This document shows positions 47,601 through 56,634 of a stretch of 64,000 nucleotides of DNA, in pieces. How positions within the stretch are numbered: position 1 is the first letter of the stretch; the number at the start of each line of letters is the position of its first letter. Both the position numbers and the translations under genes were made by a program. Origin of the DNA: a virus; IMG/VR virus record IMGVR_UViG_3300037339_000405, positions 1-64,000 of that record; one strand, written 5' to 3'. The notes under the pieces were generated by a model. The model was not told the DNA's origin. It ran no database searches and worked only from the letters and a program-made list of their open reading frames with translations.

Positions 47601-48770
47601 ATAGTTGTCGGAAAGAAACTCTCGGGCTTTCTCCCTCTGGTCCCCGGGATCAGGCCCCACCTGCTCCAGAACATCCATTACACCTGTGTCAGTCCAGCGC
47701 CCTGCTTCATCACGCGGTTGGTCGGGGTCGTATTTTGTGATGCTAGGATTTTTTGGGTCAAACGCTCCGGTGTTACCTAGTGCAGACTTGATCTGCTCGG
47801 GCTTGAATACTCCCCAAGTCCAAGATTTACCCTCTTTCACCTTGATCCCATCGTAACCAGCCTTCTGTGCCGCTTCAACAAATCCCGGAGAGGCGATGAT
47901 TTGATAAGCCTTGAACTTCTGCGGCACCCCGTCCACTTCCTCATCTCCGTACTTGCCGACAGTGAACTCCAACCCAGTCGCCTTTCTGGCTTCCGCATAC
48001 GTCATCTTGTCGTTCATGTTGAACTTCAAGGTGATCGGCTTCTTCACGGAGAGCCACACCGGATAGACCGTCGGGTACTGTCCTTCATTCCACGACTTTG
48101 CCCCCGAATACTGGTCAGCGAGAACGGAAGTCACTCCGAACCACGCCACTGGATCTGTTCTGAACTCCTCTATCCCCGTCTCTCCAGTACCGTGTAAAAC
48201 CACCAACGGGGCTCCTTTGGGATCACGAACCTTGCTTTCCCCAAACCACTCGCGGAACTCGGGAGTGCCGGTGACAGTCCAGCGCCCCTGCTCGTCTCTC
48301 GGCTGATCTGGATTGAATTTGGTGATCCGCAACTGAAATGGATCAACCTCGGTGGGACCGAAATTGGTGGTGTCGTCACTGGCTTCCACGTCTGCAATCA
48401 ATTGCAGCATATCGTCCCGCAGCAGTTCCTCAGCATCCTGAAGGATCTGCCTGACGAGCAGCAGGCCCGCCTTGTTGACGACATCGTTGAGCTTGCCTGA
48501 CCCGGCCGCTGTGCTGCTCGCGCGCTCGGTCACGCGCGTGGCACCCACAAGCAGGGCCGCGCGTGTGTAGTACTCGATGGACTTGAGATTCTCGTCTACA
48601 ACTGTCTGCAGGCTGATTGAATTGGCGATCTGCGTTGCCAGCGCGTAGTCGCCCTTCTGCAGGGCAGACTTGACCTTACGTCCGATCTCGTTGGAAACCG
48701 TGAACCAGCTGCGGGTCAGCTTGTTGGCAAGCCCCTGCTCAACCGACAGGTAGGCTTCAATTGACGCCAT
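44622..48770 (-). CDS. MuF (minor head) polyprotein carrying two clear and one probable ADP-ribosyltransferase domains and a C-terminal JAB/MPN domain
   Basis: MuF motifs 'D.KICPVC..MHG' and 'PPFHPFCR'; ART-PolyVal-like 'F.EWFG.SKV.D..G.PLVV.HGT...GYDGI...F.P.QIKS..GN.G.FD'; VIP2-like ART 'VYRG..FTSTS..ENEFIL'; 'LYHVT' ART-like domain; JAB 'E...HNHP...SLSDMD'. Confidence 0.85.
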   Translation of the reverse strand: MASIEAYLSVEQGLANKLTRSWFTVSNEIGRKVKSALQKGDYALATQIANSISLQTVVDENLKSIEYYTRAALLVGATRVTERASSTAAGSGKLNDVVNKAGLLLVRQILQDAEELLRDDMLQLIADVEASDDTTNFGPTEVDPFQLRITKFNPDQPRDEQGRWTVTGTPEFREWFGESKVRDPKGAPLVVLHGTGETGIEEFRTDPVAWFGVTSVLADQYSGAKSWNEGQYPTVYPVWLSVKKPITLKFNMNDKMTYAEARKATGLEFTVGKYGDEEVDGVPQKFKAYQIIASPGFVEAAQKAGYDGIKVKEGKSWTWGVFKPEQIKSALGNTGAFDPKNPSITKYDPDQPRDEAGRWTDTGVMDVLEQVGPDPGDQREKAREFLSDNYGDYTANLPAAQGIALGNYTGIGYRVINEYLRSGLGSEETLSYTKEHVAALDKAIEGAPPLKESLAVYRGMGGPLAKAVAAGDEFVDNGFTSTSLSSSKAADFAFTPGEVVARIIVPAGYKGLGTGAGTENEFILARGTKFRVLSVQEDVPVSMRVTEDEIIKRKMVMLEIVSQEQRALKSAAPSKRIGQRFVWRASDVVFSRGRATTKYDPDQPRSPAGTSEGGQWARSNEPPEGKRERFDASMMEDAGVAGLNYDQIVERLGSAEAVHELFDKKRVKERAWDAQMMRALAMGTITPESAAKQGFFLQANLSGAEKLENLPDELYHVTTAVSAVMEHGLKTREELGQGLGRGLGGGTSDTISFTEDKGTAVAIENAMLLMHDVLNEKVSLEDLIGKATLGEEAKQPYMDFITRIWGGAVSKRGIPLELDASTRNRTVMFIGPLDKRWPKDTPFSTDPKIVAGKLGGSWQSEGEGFYSRPATEVEQTETRMRFVQRFLAGRENAGGALDPLFFMTDAEALKNIGRQEIKVLQVSPKKGTRGYKVSSLGEWRAWTGDVVETVRTLDRKTVIWRAEWQEEGQPRYPLHLRRVSKELTKSLIQPFVSFRDGGRGYMQMVSALHTTRVAAYGFTSEAEILGVERYAINEQLDNKICPVCRAMHGRTFTVVSARNTLDVVLSVDDPQELRTLQSWPSQRASDVEKLRNMTEEEVVARNWHIPPFHPFCRGQLVPLGQVPNIEDTPSFQAAFPDRIKQPVHTDLGIEQITSAPPLTGRSAVQQAHETASKYVLNQPDSAEREYLYAFNRSGEEVLTKGGTKSYVDFTMEEAARLSGTTVYHNHPMGRSLSDMDMLLASNWGIDKMLALTSEGTTYAGRVKEFMGNIDAMREFNLLYRDVYQKAAAEFYSAIRPFVQAGRVHENVAAVAHTHFVNQVMHRYGLLDYVVEKAGPGFLHDVAMVEGLIDVKAVQARIDVLKSLQMPPINPSFLIHEPLEAIA

Positions 48771-48774
48771 GGAG

Positions 48775-50946
48775 CTATTGCATCATCGTGTCGCCGCAAC
48801 ATGCCGCGATCTCGGCCAGTCCAGCGGGATCTCTACCAATAGCCGGGAACGTCTTCGCCGCCAGCAGCTGATTCAATAGCTCGCGCTCGTGTGGCGCGCA
48901 CAGATCCACCTTGTGAAGAATGGAGGCTTTCTCGATGGAGGAGTACTCGCGCGAAGGCTCATCCAGTTCCATCACCTCGGCCCACTGATTGGCGAGCACC
49001 AACAGATCCGTAGCAGTGTAGCCGGCCCGCTTCACCCCCGCTACCGGAGAGCCCACACCCGGCTGCACCGCAACTCCAACCCCGGCGGGCTTGGGTGGGG
49101 CAATCTTGCCATCAACAGCCGCTTGCGCAAATGGCACCAACTGCGGCGGAGCGTTCAAAGCCGCAGCCTGCGGATCGTACTCAAGGGTCAGGTTGGCAAC
49201 CTGATTAAGGTCCTTCATAAAGCTCTCAGCGCTGGCCTTGTCCTTGCCCATCTCAAGCCCTTTCAGTTGGGCATCGATGTTGCGCAGAGTGAGAGGCTTG
49301 CTGACCATCTTGAATTTGAAAGCCCCTAGCGCCCGGGAAATCGTGCGGTTAATGATCTCGTCAAACTCCTCCCGCTCAGGCTGAAACACCTGAGCCTCAG
49401 TCACCATGTAGCTCGTCATCGCCGTGGCAAACGAGTAGTCCTGCGCCTCTCCTAGAAACAAGGGGTGCAGTCTGAAGCCACGCCTGACACGGTTCTCGGC
49501 ATTCTTGTCGTACTCCTGAAACATCGCATCGTTCTGGCGTGAATCCCCAAAGCGCTCCACCTTCACATCCACCTTGCCAGCCGCATCAAGAGAGCCACTA
49601 CTACTCTGAGCCTCTACTACCGCCGCGCGCTGCTTACTCTTGGCGCCACCTGACAAGTAGTGCAACAGCTGCTCGCGCATGGTCTCCACCACTGACCCGC
49701 CTTGAATGAAAATAATCGCTGGCGGGATGCCCCCCGCGTCAAAAAAATCTAGGTTGAACAATTCACTCTTGCGGGAACCAACCACACTGGGCATCTGATT
49801 GATCCATCGCGGCATGCCGTAGTGAGTGCGGTAATCCAGATCCACTACAAAATGAATGACCTCGCTCGCCATGTTATCCACGGGTACCGTTTCACCCGTT
49901 ACAGCCCAGTCACCCTCTTTACGCTTTAGCACGCGCGAAGCACCAAACTCCTTGTAGAAAATCTGTTGGCTGCCGATGATCTGCACATAGCGGCGCTCCC
50001 GCTTGAGCATGCTGACCGTGCTCTCTTTACCAGAGCGTTCAATTTTCACCTCCACTTCCACAGGCTGATCAAGCTTGACCAGCCGCAGTGAAGGTGATTC
50101 CAGACTGCGGCACAGCACCACGTCATTGGCCGAGTTACGAATCACTTCCAGATAGCCGTTGCCGGTCATCTCCAGATCAAAGCGCAATGCGCGCCTGATA
50201 GTAGTCATGCTCATCCCGGGGTATGGCTCACCGTAGAAGTCCTTGAGCATCTGCTCTTCAGGATCGACAAACGGCGGGCGCACGTCTGGGGGAGGCTCTG
50301 CGCCGGGGGCGCCCGGCAAGCTTTCCGTTGTGGCCCCTATACCTTCTGGCCCGGGGTTCTGCCCCGCAGGGTCCTGCCCCGCAGGGTCCTGTGGAGGTTT
50401 CTGACCGTTCCCAGCGGGCGGGAAGGCTTTGGTGGCGGGCAGCCCCGGGATCTGATCCTGACCGTCTACAGGCGGCTGCTTGAGGCTCTCAGGAGTCTTG
50501 GAGCCCGGCGGCAACTTGATCGGTTTGCCTTCCGAGTCCTGCGGGCCATTAGCCAATCTATCCTGTACTTCCTGCCACTTTCGCAGCTTCTTTTCCCTGT
50601 CTGCCTTCTCTTGGTCAACCGGCTCGACTGTGAAGCCCGTGCCATCAATGTTCACCTCCATGGCCTGCACACACTGGAGCAGTGTGTTGTTCGCGTAGCA
50701 CAGCGCAATCAACGTCTCCGGATTGAACGGAGGCTGTATCGCCATCTTGTTAGACTGCGCGCTGGTATACAAGGATGAAAACTGATCCTCGTATGTCAGA
50801 GGTTGATTGGCAATCAACTCGTTCTCGGCGGAACGTTTGAATGCCTTGGAAAAGTGAACCGCAATATCGGCCGAACTACTACCGGATTTGCGGACGGGTA
50901 TTGCTTTGTGTGCTTTAGCCATAGTGGCCCCCTGAATAGCCAGCAC
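48775..50946 (-). CDS. Portal protein, with a Pro/Gly-rich insertion
   Basis: 'IQPPFNP..L......N..L..CV.AM..NIDG.G', 'D.E.TGNGYLE.IR', 'YG.PRW' and 'N..FF..G.IP'. Confidence 0.9.
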   Translation of the reverse strand: MLAIQGATMAKAHKAIPVRKSGSSSADIAVHFSKAFKRSAENELIANQPLTYEDQFSSLYTSAQSNKMAIQPPFNPETLIALCYANNTLLQCVQAMEVNIDGTGFTVEPVDQEKADREKKLRKWQEVQDRLANGPQDSEGKPIKLPPGSKTPESLKQPPVDGQDQIPGLPATKAFPPAGNGQKPPQDPAGQDPAGQNPGPEGIGATTESLPGAPGAEPPPDVRPPFVDPEEQMLKDFYGEPYPGMSMTTIRRALRFDLEMTGNGYLEVIRNSANDVVLCRSLESPSLRLVKLDQPVEVEVKIERSGKESTVSMLKRERRYVQIIGSQQIFYKEFGASRVLKRKEGDWAVTGETVPVDNMASEVIHFVVDLDYRTHYGMPRWINQMPSVVGSRKSELFNLDFFDAGGIPPAIIFIQGGSVVETMREQLLHYLSGGAKSKQRAAVVEAQSSSGSLDAAGKVDVKVERFGDSRQNDAMFQEYDKNAENRVRRGFRLHPLFLGEAQDYSFATAMTSYMVTEAQVFQPEREEFDEIINRTISRALGAFKFKMVSKPLTLRNIDAQLKGLEMGKDKASAESFMKDLNQVANLTLEYDPQAAALNAPPQLVPFAQAAVDGKIAPPKPAGVGVAVQPGVGSPVAGVKRAGYTATDLLVLANQWAEVMELDEPSREYSSIEKASILHKVDLCAPHERELLNQLLAAKTFPAIGRDPAGLAEIAACCGDTMMQ

Positions 50947-50975
50947 AGCCTACCGGATTTTGGCCCTGCTAACAA

Positions 50976-53324
50976 TCAATCCAGTGTGAGCTTCTTCAGT
51001 TCCGCAAGATTCGACCCCACTTGGCAATCCACCTTGAAGGTCAGCTGAGGATGCCAGCCCACTTCATGGAACGGCAGATTCTCCATGATCTCCTTGGACA
51101 AGCGCGCGTAGTACTCAAAATTGTTCTCGGGGAAATAGAACAACAGCTGATCGTGCACCATGCCCCACACCGGCATCACGGGAAACAGTCTGCGCTGATC
51201 CACGATTGCCGTGGCCCACAATGCCATGTCACTAAGGGTTCCCTGCACCGGGCTATTGATCGCCTGCCGCCCCGCCTTGCTGTTCATGTACCTGTCAGCG
51301 GAATGAATCAGCGGCAAATGCCGCACGCGCCCCAACGGGCTATAAACCTTGCTGTGCATGCGAGCGAAAGCCTTCTGCTCCTCATGCCACGGCCCCAGCC
51401 TACTATATAGGCTGAAGAAAGCATCTCGGGCTACAGTAGCCTCCTCCAACGTCATCGCCACGCCATACACGTACCACGCGTAATCCTTGAAACCCTCGGC
51501 GCTCATTCCATACAGAAGCCCAAAATTACCCGCCTTAGCCTTCTGCCGGACCAACTCGAACAGCGCGGGATTGGTGCGCGCCAGTTCCAGAAACTGCTCA
51601 AAATTCTTGTACCCTGCAAGCTTGGCGCCGGTCATCGCATGCAAATCGATGCCCTTGCGATACGCAGACAGCATGGTGGGCTCCTCGGCCAGACACGCCG
51701 CGATGCGCAGTTCCCCTTGACTGTAATCATTGGACCCGATCAGCCAGCCTTTCGGCGCCACCAAGCAACGCCGGATCTTCCCGGCCCACTTGGTGTGCTT
51801 GGGCACCGTCTGCCCGGGTGGGTCCTTGACACTGATGCGCCCGGTATTGGTCCCTCCCGCCGATTCATGATCATCCCCAGCGAACAGGAAATGCGTCGGA
51901 TGAAACCGGCCATCGGAACGCAGATGTTCCAAGAAGCCAGTGACATAGGTGTTCAGTGTCTTGGTGGCCTCACCGTACTCATCCAGCAGCTTGATAAACG
52001 GCCCTGCCTCCTCGTGCTCGCTGAACATCTCCAGATGTTTCATCGCCGTGGAGGGCTTGTTGGTCTGCGCTGTCTTCATCTTGGGGCGCAGGTTGAACCC
52101 CGTGGGACTGAACATCACATCGTGCAGGAAGCTTGGCTTGGTGAGATTGATCTCCCCGTCTTTATCGGTGTGCCGCAGAATCAAGCGCGGGCTCACCATC
52201 GACTTCACCTCTTCAGTCTTCTTGGCGATAAACGCGCGCACGTCGGCCTCAAGCTCACGATAGGCTTCGCGGTCCACACACCAGCCTACCCGTTCAACCT
52301 TCTCGTAAGCGCGTGCAGCCGGATGCAGAATCGTGGTGTAGAAACGAGCCAGCCTAGGCTCCTGCAGCAACTCCTGCCTGAGTGGCTCTATGACGCGGTA
52401 ACAAGCATCTGTGTCGCCGCCGGCATACATCAGAAACCGGTCAGGATCTGCAGCTAGCGCAAGATCCATGCGTGACTTGTCCACCATACGGTTGAAGCCA
52501 TCATCGTAGCCGCCAAGATCCGTGTATATCTTAGCGTGCACGTTGAGACTGTTGCTGCGATTCTCATCCACCAGTGAACCTACGAGCATGGTATCCATGC
52601 GAAACGTGGTGCACTCGGTGATCAGCCACAGCTTGGCAATCCAGTTCAAATCAAACTTGAGATTGGCGCCATACAACGCCACGCGCGGGTCAGTGAGTAT
52701 GAAATTGAAGTCGGCGCGCAGCCCCCACCCGATGCGCCGGCACGCCTTGCGATTAGCGAACTTGACCGCATCAGCCGTGCCTGCCTTGACAGTAACCTGC
52801 GCACTGACGATGTACCCAAGTGGATTGTAGGGGTCAACTCCCCGTGTTTCCAGATCCAGAGTGGTACGCACCGGTTTGCCCGTGCGTGCAAACTCGGCCT
52901 TGATGAAATCAATTGCATCGGTGAAATCTTCCACCCAGCGGTACTGACCCATAGGTGGTATGACAGTGCCCGTGTGCACCAGCCTGATCGCCGTGCGCAC
53001 GTCCATCATGGTGTCCACCGCCAACGCGTGGTCCACATCGATGATCTGTGCCGCATAGGTCAACAGGCATTGCGCCCCACACGGCAGCGCAATCGGCTGC
53101 GTGCGCAGGCTGCCTATCGTGCGGTTACGCGGCTTGATTACCCCTGCGTCAGAGATCAACTGACGCGCGTTAGCGCCCATGGCAAGCACCACGTCTCCCG
53201 TACCAAACTCAGGGAGGTGATCGCCTACGGACTCGAATCTATGTGGAGTGCTGGTCCCACTCAACGCTGGGGCCACCACCTTCTTCAGGTGGTGCGGCGT
53301 ATCCGGGGTCCACACTATGAGCAT
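50976..53324 (-). CDS. polA: DNA polymerase family A with 3'-5' exonuclease and an N-terminal UDG-like remnant (likely start MLIVWTP at 53324)
   Basis: Exonuclease motifs 'LDLET', 'NLKFD' and 'YAGGD'; polymerase motifs 'TGRIS', 'DYSQGELR', 'R..AKAGNFGLLYG', 'N.PVQG' and 'VHDQL'. Confidence 0.95.
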   Translation of the reverse strand: MLIVWTPDTPHHLKKVVAPALSGTSTPHRFESVGDHLPEFGTGDVVLAMGANARQLISDAGVIKPRNRTIGSLRTQPIALPCGAQCLLTYAAQIIDVDHALAVDTMMDVRTAIRLVHTGTVIPPMGQYRWVEDFTDAIDFIKAEFARTGKPVRTTLDLETRGVDPYNPLGYIVSAQVTVKAGTADAVKFANRKACRRIGWGLRADFNFILTDPRVALYGANLKFDLNWIAKLWLITECTTFRMDTMLVGSLVDENRSNSLNVHAKIYTDLGGYDDGFNRMVDKSRMDLALAADPDRFLMYAGGDTDACYRVIEPLRQELLQEPRLARFYTTILHPAARAYEKVERVGWCVDREAYRELEADVRAFIAKKTEEVKSMVSPRLILRHTDKDGEINLTKPSFLHDVMFSPTGFNLRPKMKTAQTNKPSTAMKHLEMFSEHEEAGPFIKLLDEYGEATKTLNTYVTGFLEHLRSDGRFHPTHFLFAGDDHESAGGTNTGRISVKDPPGQTVPKHTKWAGKIRRCLVAPKGWLIGSNDYSQGELRIAACLAEEPTMLSAYRKGIDLHAMTGAKLAGYKNFEQFLELARTNPALFELVRQKAKAGNFGLLYGMSAEGFKDYAWYVYGVAMTLEEATVARDAFFSLYSRLGPWHEEQKAFARMHSKVYSPLGRVRHLPLIHSADRYMNSKAGRQAINSPVQGTLSDMALWATAIVDQRRLFPVMPVWGMVHDQLLFYFPENNFEYYARLSKEIMENLPFHEVGWHPQLTFKVDCQVGSNLAELKKLTLD

Positions 53325-53799
53325 CGTCAATCCTCTTCCACTTCTTCTTGATGTACTCGTAATGTGCCAGCAGACACTGCGGCACTTTCCAGATGATGTT
53401 GCGGTATATGTCGGCAAGCGAGCGATTCGTTATGTCCCGATGCCCAGACAGGAACATGCCCCCTTCAGGAAACACGGCGTCACTGTCCCGGATTTTAGCG
53501 CCGTCCAACACCAACACGGACTGACGATCAGTAGCCTTACTGTGCACGACCAACAGAAACAAATCCACGCCCACATGCACCAGCATCCATAGTTGGGACC
53601 CAAGAATACTGGAAGCCTTTACCATCAACGTAAACTCCAAGTCTACCTCTCCCGGAAGGCTCTCCATCTGCACAGTAAGCGCCCCTGAGATCGGCAAGCT
53701 CACAGCACCTACATTCAGCTGATTGCGATCCACCGTCAACGGCATCTGCAAAACGTCAGACATCTTCTTAATGTGCTCTAGGATCACAGGAGTGCTCAT
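53239..53799 (-). CDS. Hypothetical protein
   Basis: 186-aa ORF, ATGA-coupled to the upstream gene. Confidence 0.6.
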   Translation of the reverse strand: MSTPVILEHIKKMSDVLQMPLTVDRNQLNVGAVSLPISGALTVQMESLPGEVDLEFTLMVKASSILGSQLWMLVHVGVDLFLLVVHSKATDRQSVLVLDGAKIRDSDAVFPEGGMFLSGHRDITNRSLADIYRNIIWKVPQCLLAHYEYIKKKWKRIDDAHSVDPGYAAPPEEGGGPSVEWDQHST

Positions 53800-53993
53800 G
53801 CCTTCACCACACGCGTGTGCTTGCCGATCTTCACGCCCATGTAGATCACGTCATAGTGCAACAGCTTGCCACCCGGCACCGCCACACTCTCTTCCTCCAA
53901 ACACGGCACCAGAATCACCGGCTCAGGGCTCAGCCCGAGAAACAACGGACCCAAAACAATAGTGTCTTCTTTTCGCACGGCTACCCGTGGCAT
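53796..53993 (-). CDS. Hypothetical small protein
   Basis: 65-aa ORF overlapping its neighbours in the operon. Confidence 0.5.
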   Translation of the reverse strand: MPRVAVRKEDTIVLGPLFLGLSPEPVILVPCLEEESVAVPGGKLLHYDVIYMGVKIGKHTRVVKA

Positions 53994-54817
53994 AGCTGGC
54001 GCAACTTCTTCATGGACGGCATCGGGGTATCAAATTCAACCCCGCTGCCCACCAATACGGCACCGAGAATCTTGTCCACCGGAGCCTTCTCGGTAGCATC
54101 AAAATGCCCACTCAAGTATTTACCACCGCCGCTCCCATGGCCGACCGCTACCTTCTTCCAATCTTGCGCATCGAAGTCCCCTTCAACACGCACACTCAGC
54201 CGGGCACCTCCCAACTTAGCAGCAACAGCTACTAAAGGCGCCGTTGCCATGGCCACAACGTAGTAGTAACTTTCCGGAGACGTGCCCAGCACTTTCTGAT
54301 ACAGGTGCTGCGCTTGCGCAAGCTTGACCGGCTGATAGTTCTCAGTGGAAACGTAAGCCTTCTCTACTGCAGACGCCGCAGCTGTTAGGCCAACACTGAT
54401 ACCGCTTCCATCCTCTTTTTTGATAGCCTGTACTACGGACTCATCATCAGAAAGAATGTTTTTGATTGAAGACAGCACAGCCTTCTCAACCCCCGTTGGG
54501 TTAAAAACAGCCTGCACCGGGAGGGTCGCCTGTTTATGCACTAGGTTTACGAGAAGCTTGGAGATCACCGGCACCAGAGAAAGAACCACAGTCTTACTGG
54601 CCTGCCCGGCAAGGTAATCCATAATGCTAAATCCGAGAGAGATCCCCGCCGGCACACTGGAGCCTTGCAGTGCCTTGAATTCAAGCCCATCCGGTAGCAC
54701 TAGTTCAACAGAAATGCCGTGATCCTTGGCAGACTGGATCAACTCCCCGTCAACCCCAAATTTATGCAGTAGCTCCCACGGGTTACTCAGACTCTTAACT
54801 TTCAGTTTGATCGCCAT
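53981..54817 (-). CDS. Hypothetical protein (likely start MAIKLKV at 54817)
   Basis: GGAG RBS and its own promoter at 54847-54874. Confidence 0.7.
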   Translation of the reverse strand: MAIKLKVKSLSNPWELLHKFGVDGELIQSAKDHGISVELVLPDGLEFKALQGSSVPAGISLGFSIMDYLAGQASKTVVLSLVPVISKLLVNLVHKQATLPVQAVFNPTGVEKAVLSSIKNILSDDESVVQAIKKEDGSGISVGLTAAASAVEKAYVSTENYQPVKLAQAQHLYQKVLGTSPESYYYVVAMATAPLVAVAAKLGGARLSVRVEGDFDAQDWKKVAVGHGSGGGKYLSGHFDATEKAPVDKILGAVLVGSGVEFDTPMPSMKKLRQLCHG

Positions 54818-54846
54818 TGTCCCGCACTCCGTTGCTCCATATGAGT

Positions 54847-54874
54847 ATGGTACTACATCTGGCTCAAATGTCAA
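54847..54874 (-). promoter_or_regulatory. Sigma70-type promoter TTGACA-N16-TACCAT
   Basis: Read directly from the minus strand. Confidence 0.65.
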
Positions 54875-55527
54875 CCCCAGATGGATAGCTTACTAGTCTC
54901 CTCCGGAGTGCACTTGTCTAGCGCCAGCCGCCGAGCGGCAGCACTAGGCTGATTGAGGGTGAAATCTTTCAAATAGGAATACGGCCCCATGCGCACCGAA
55001 TCCAACTCACGGTTGATCTCCTTAACACTGGCGCGGCTTCCCAGTACGTCTTTGGCCCCATAGTTCTTGACTAGGAAATCAACCTGAGCCCGAGACTCCA
55101 CAGCGCGTGAACAATAGTTCTCCCGCACCCAGCCAATCGGGTCCACCTCCTTGTTCATGATGAACACCAGCGCCGCCAACACCATGCCTGTGCGGCCATG
55201 CCCGCCTAAACATCCCACGTGCACCCGCTTGCCCTGACGCAATAGCTCGGCCAGCCATTCAATCATCTTGCGGAACTCTGTCAGGTTCTTTGGCGCCTGC
55301 ATGTCAGAGATTCCAAAGAACACAAAGACCGGCCCACTCTGCGCATGATTCCACGGATACATGCTCGGATGGCTCGCGGTACCCCAGTCCAGCGACACAT
55401 ACACGTCCAACTCGTCTTTCGGGTCTGCCGCGATACCACCATGGAACTCACCCGCCCCCAGCTTGACTACCGGATGCGAATGCGCACACCTGCTCTTGTC
55501 CTTTCCGAATCCCAATCCGAACTTCAT
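54871..55527 (-). CDS. Cys-based (CX5R) protein-tyrosine / dual-specificity phosphatase 1
   Basis: 'HVGCLGGHGRTG' P-loop, 'ISDMQAP' acid loop and 'AVES.AQ' Q-loop. Confidence 0.9.
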   Translation of the reverse strand: MKFGLGFGKDKSRCAHSHPVVKLGAGEFHGGIAADPKDELDVYVSLDWGTASHPSMYPWNHAQSGPVFVFFGISDMQAPKNLTEFRKMIEWLAELLRQGKRVHVGCLGGHGRTGMVLAALVFIMNKEVDPIGWVRENYCSRAVESRAQVDFLVKNYGAKDVLGSRASVKEINRELDSVRMGPYSYLKDFTLNQPSAAARRLALDKCTPEETSKLSIWG

Positions 55528-56603
55528 GCCACCGGCCTCTCTGTCACGTAAGCGTAATCTGTGCCATTCACGAAAAACTTCTTGTTCTCCAGCAAAGCCT
55601 CCTGCAACAGCTTGGCTGCCTGCGCCTGTTCGTGCTTTGCGGCAAAACTACTAATCCCATGCTTAGCCACCTGCTTAGTCTTCTCCGCTGCATAATGACC
55701 GACTGCCCCAAGAGCTTCCACAGCAAACCAGTCCACATACCCGTTGAATCCTTCCACTCCTGCAGCCTGAGCACAATTAAATGCTGTTAACACCCTCGGG
55801 CTCATCCAGTAGGAATACGCAGGTACGTTTGCATTTTTCGAGTCATTGACCAACTCTGGAACCTGACCAGAGCGCTGCACGTCCAGAATCTTGCGCAGAA
55901 CAAGGTTGTTCTGCGCCACCACGAACATGCCCTTGTTGAAGATAGGTCCACCGTTGTGGACAAGGGTAAACACGGTATCCAGCAGGATCTCCGCGCTGAT
56001 CTCCCCGAACACGTACTTACGCAGCGTCTCAGCAACGCTGCCCCACTTGTGCCCACCAAAGGACCCCGAAAAATTGGCATTGAAAAATAGATCGGTAACC
56101 CCCGCCACATACGGACCTAGGCACATGTCCGGTGGCGTCTGCAAAAAATACTCCGCCGTGTTTTCACTCCCCAATCCTCGGATATTACAATTGAACGCTT
56201 CAAAAGTATTTCCGTACTTCATACATACGTCATGGCGCGTGGTGTTGTGGTACGCATGACGAGACTCGCGCGTAATGATCAACAGCAAATAGTTGATCAT
56301 GTACCGTGCAATAAGATTGGCCTGTATCACGTAGTCTTCACAAATGGCGCACTCTGCTGCCGTGAGAGGCATATGCTGATCACGCTTGGCAGCTATCTTG
56401 GCGAAGGCGTGGTTCAACATGTAGAAACACACCGCAGCTTCATCTGGATTGATCCACTGGCCTGCCGCGCCATAGCTACTCCTGAAGTGCCGCACGGCCC
56501 CTGCGACCGCCGGCACACGAGAATCCTCTACGCTGCGTTTCATGAACAGGGGCCGGGATCTGAACCCTGCTATCGTGTCCTGTCGCTGGTGATACATCCG
56601 CAC
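55524..56603 (-). CDS. Enzyme-like hypothetical protein in the dikinase/phosphatase operon
   Basis: 359 aa with motif-like segments 'RESRH', 'FGGHKWG' and 'D..F.LVHNGGPIFNKG'. Confidence 0.75.
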   Translation of the reverse strand: MRMYHQRQDTIAGFRSRPLFMKRSVEDSRVPAVAGAVRHFRSSYGAAGQWINPDEAAVCFYMLNHAFAKIAAKRDQHMPLTAAECAICEDYVIQANLIARYMINYLLLIITRESRHAYHNTTRHDVCMKYGNTFEAFNCNIRGLGSENTAEYFLQTPPDMCLGPYVAGVTDLFFNANFSGSFGGHKWGSVAETLRKYVFGEISAEILLDTVFTLVHNGGPIFNKGMFVVAQNNLVLRKILDVQRSGQVPELVNDSKNANVPAYSYWMSPRVLTAFNCAQAAGVEGFNGYVDWFAVEALGAVGHYAAEKTKQVAKHGISSFAAKHEQAQAAKLLQEALLENKKFFVNGTDYAYVTERPVA

Positions 56604-56634
56604 TCCGTTGCAGTTGATTGCATCAGACTACATA

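Noticed and set aside
50976-53324. Inteins or introns in the polymerase, DnaB or MuF
   Set aside because: The polymerase and helicase motifs are contiguous at normal spacing, and the MuF inserts lack intein C/S...HN termini.
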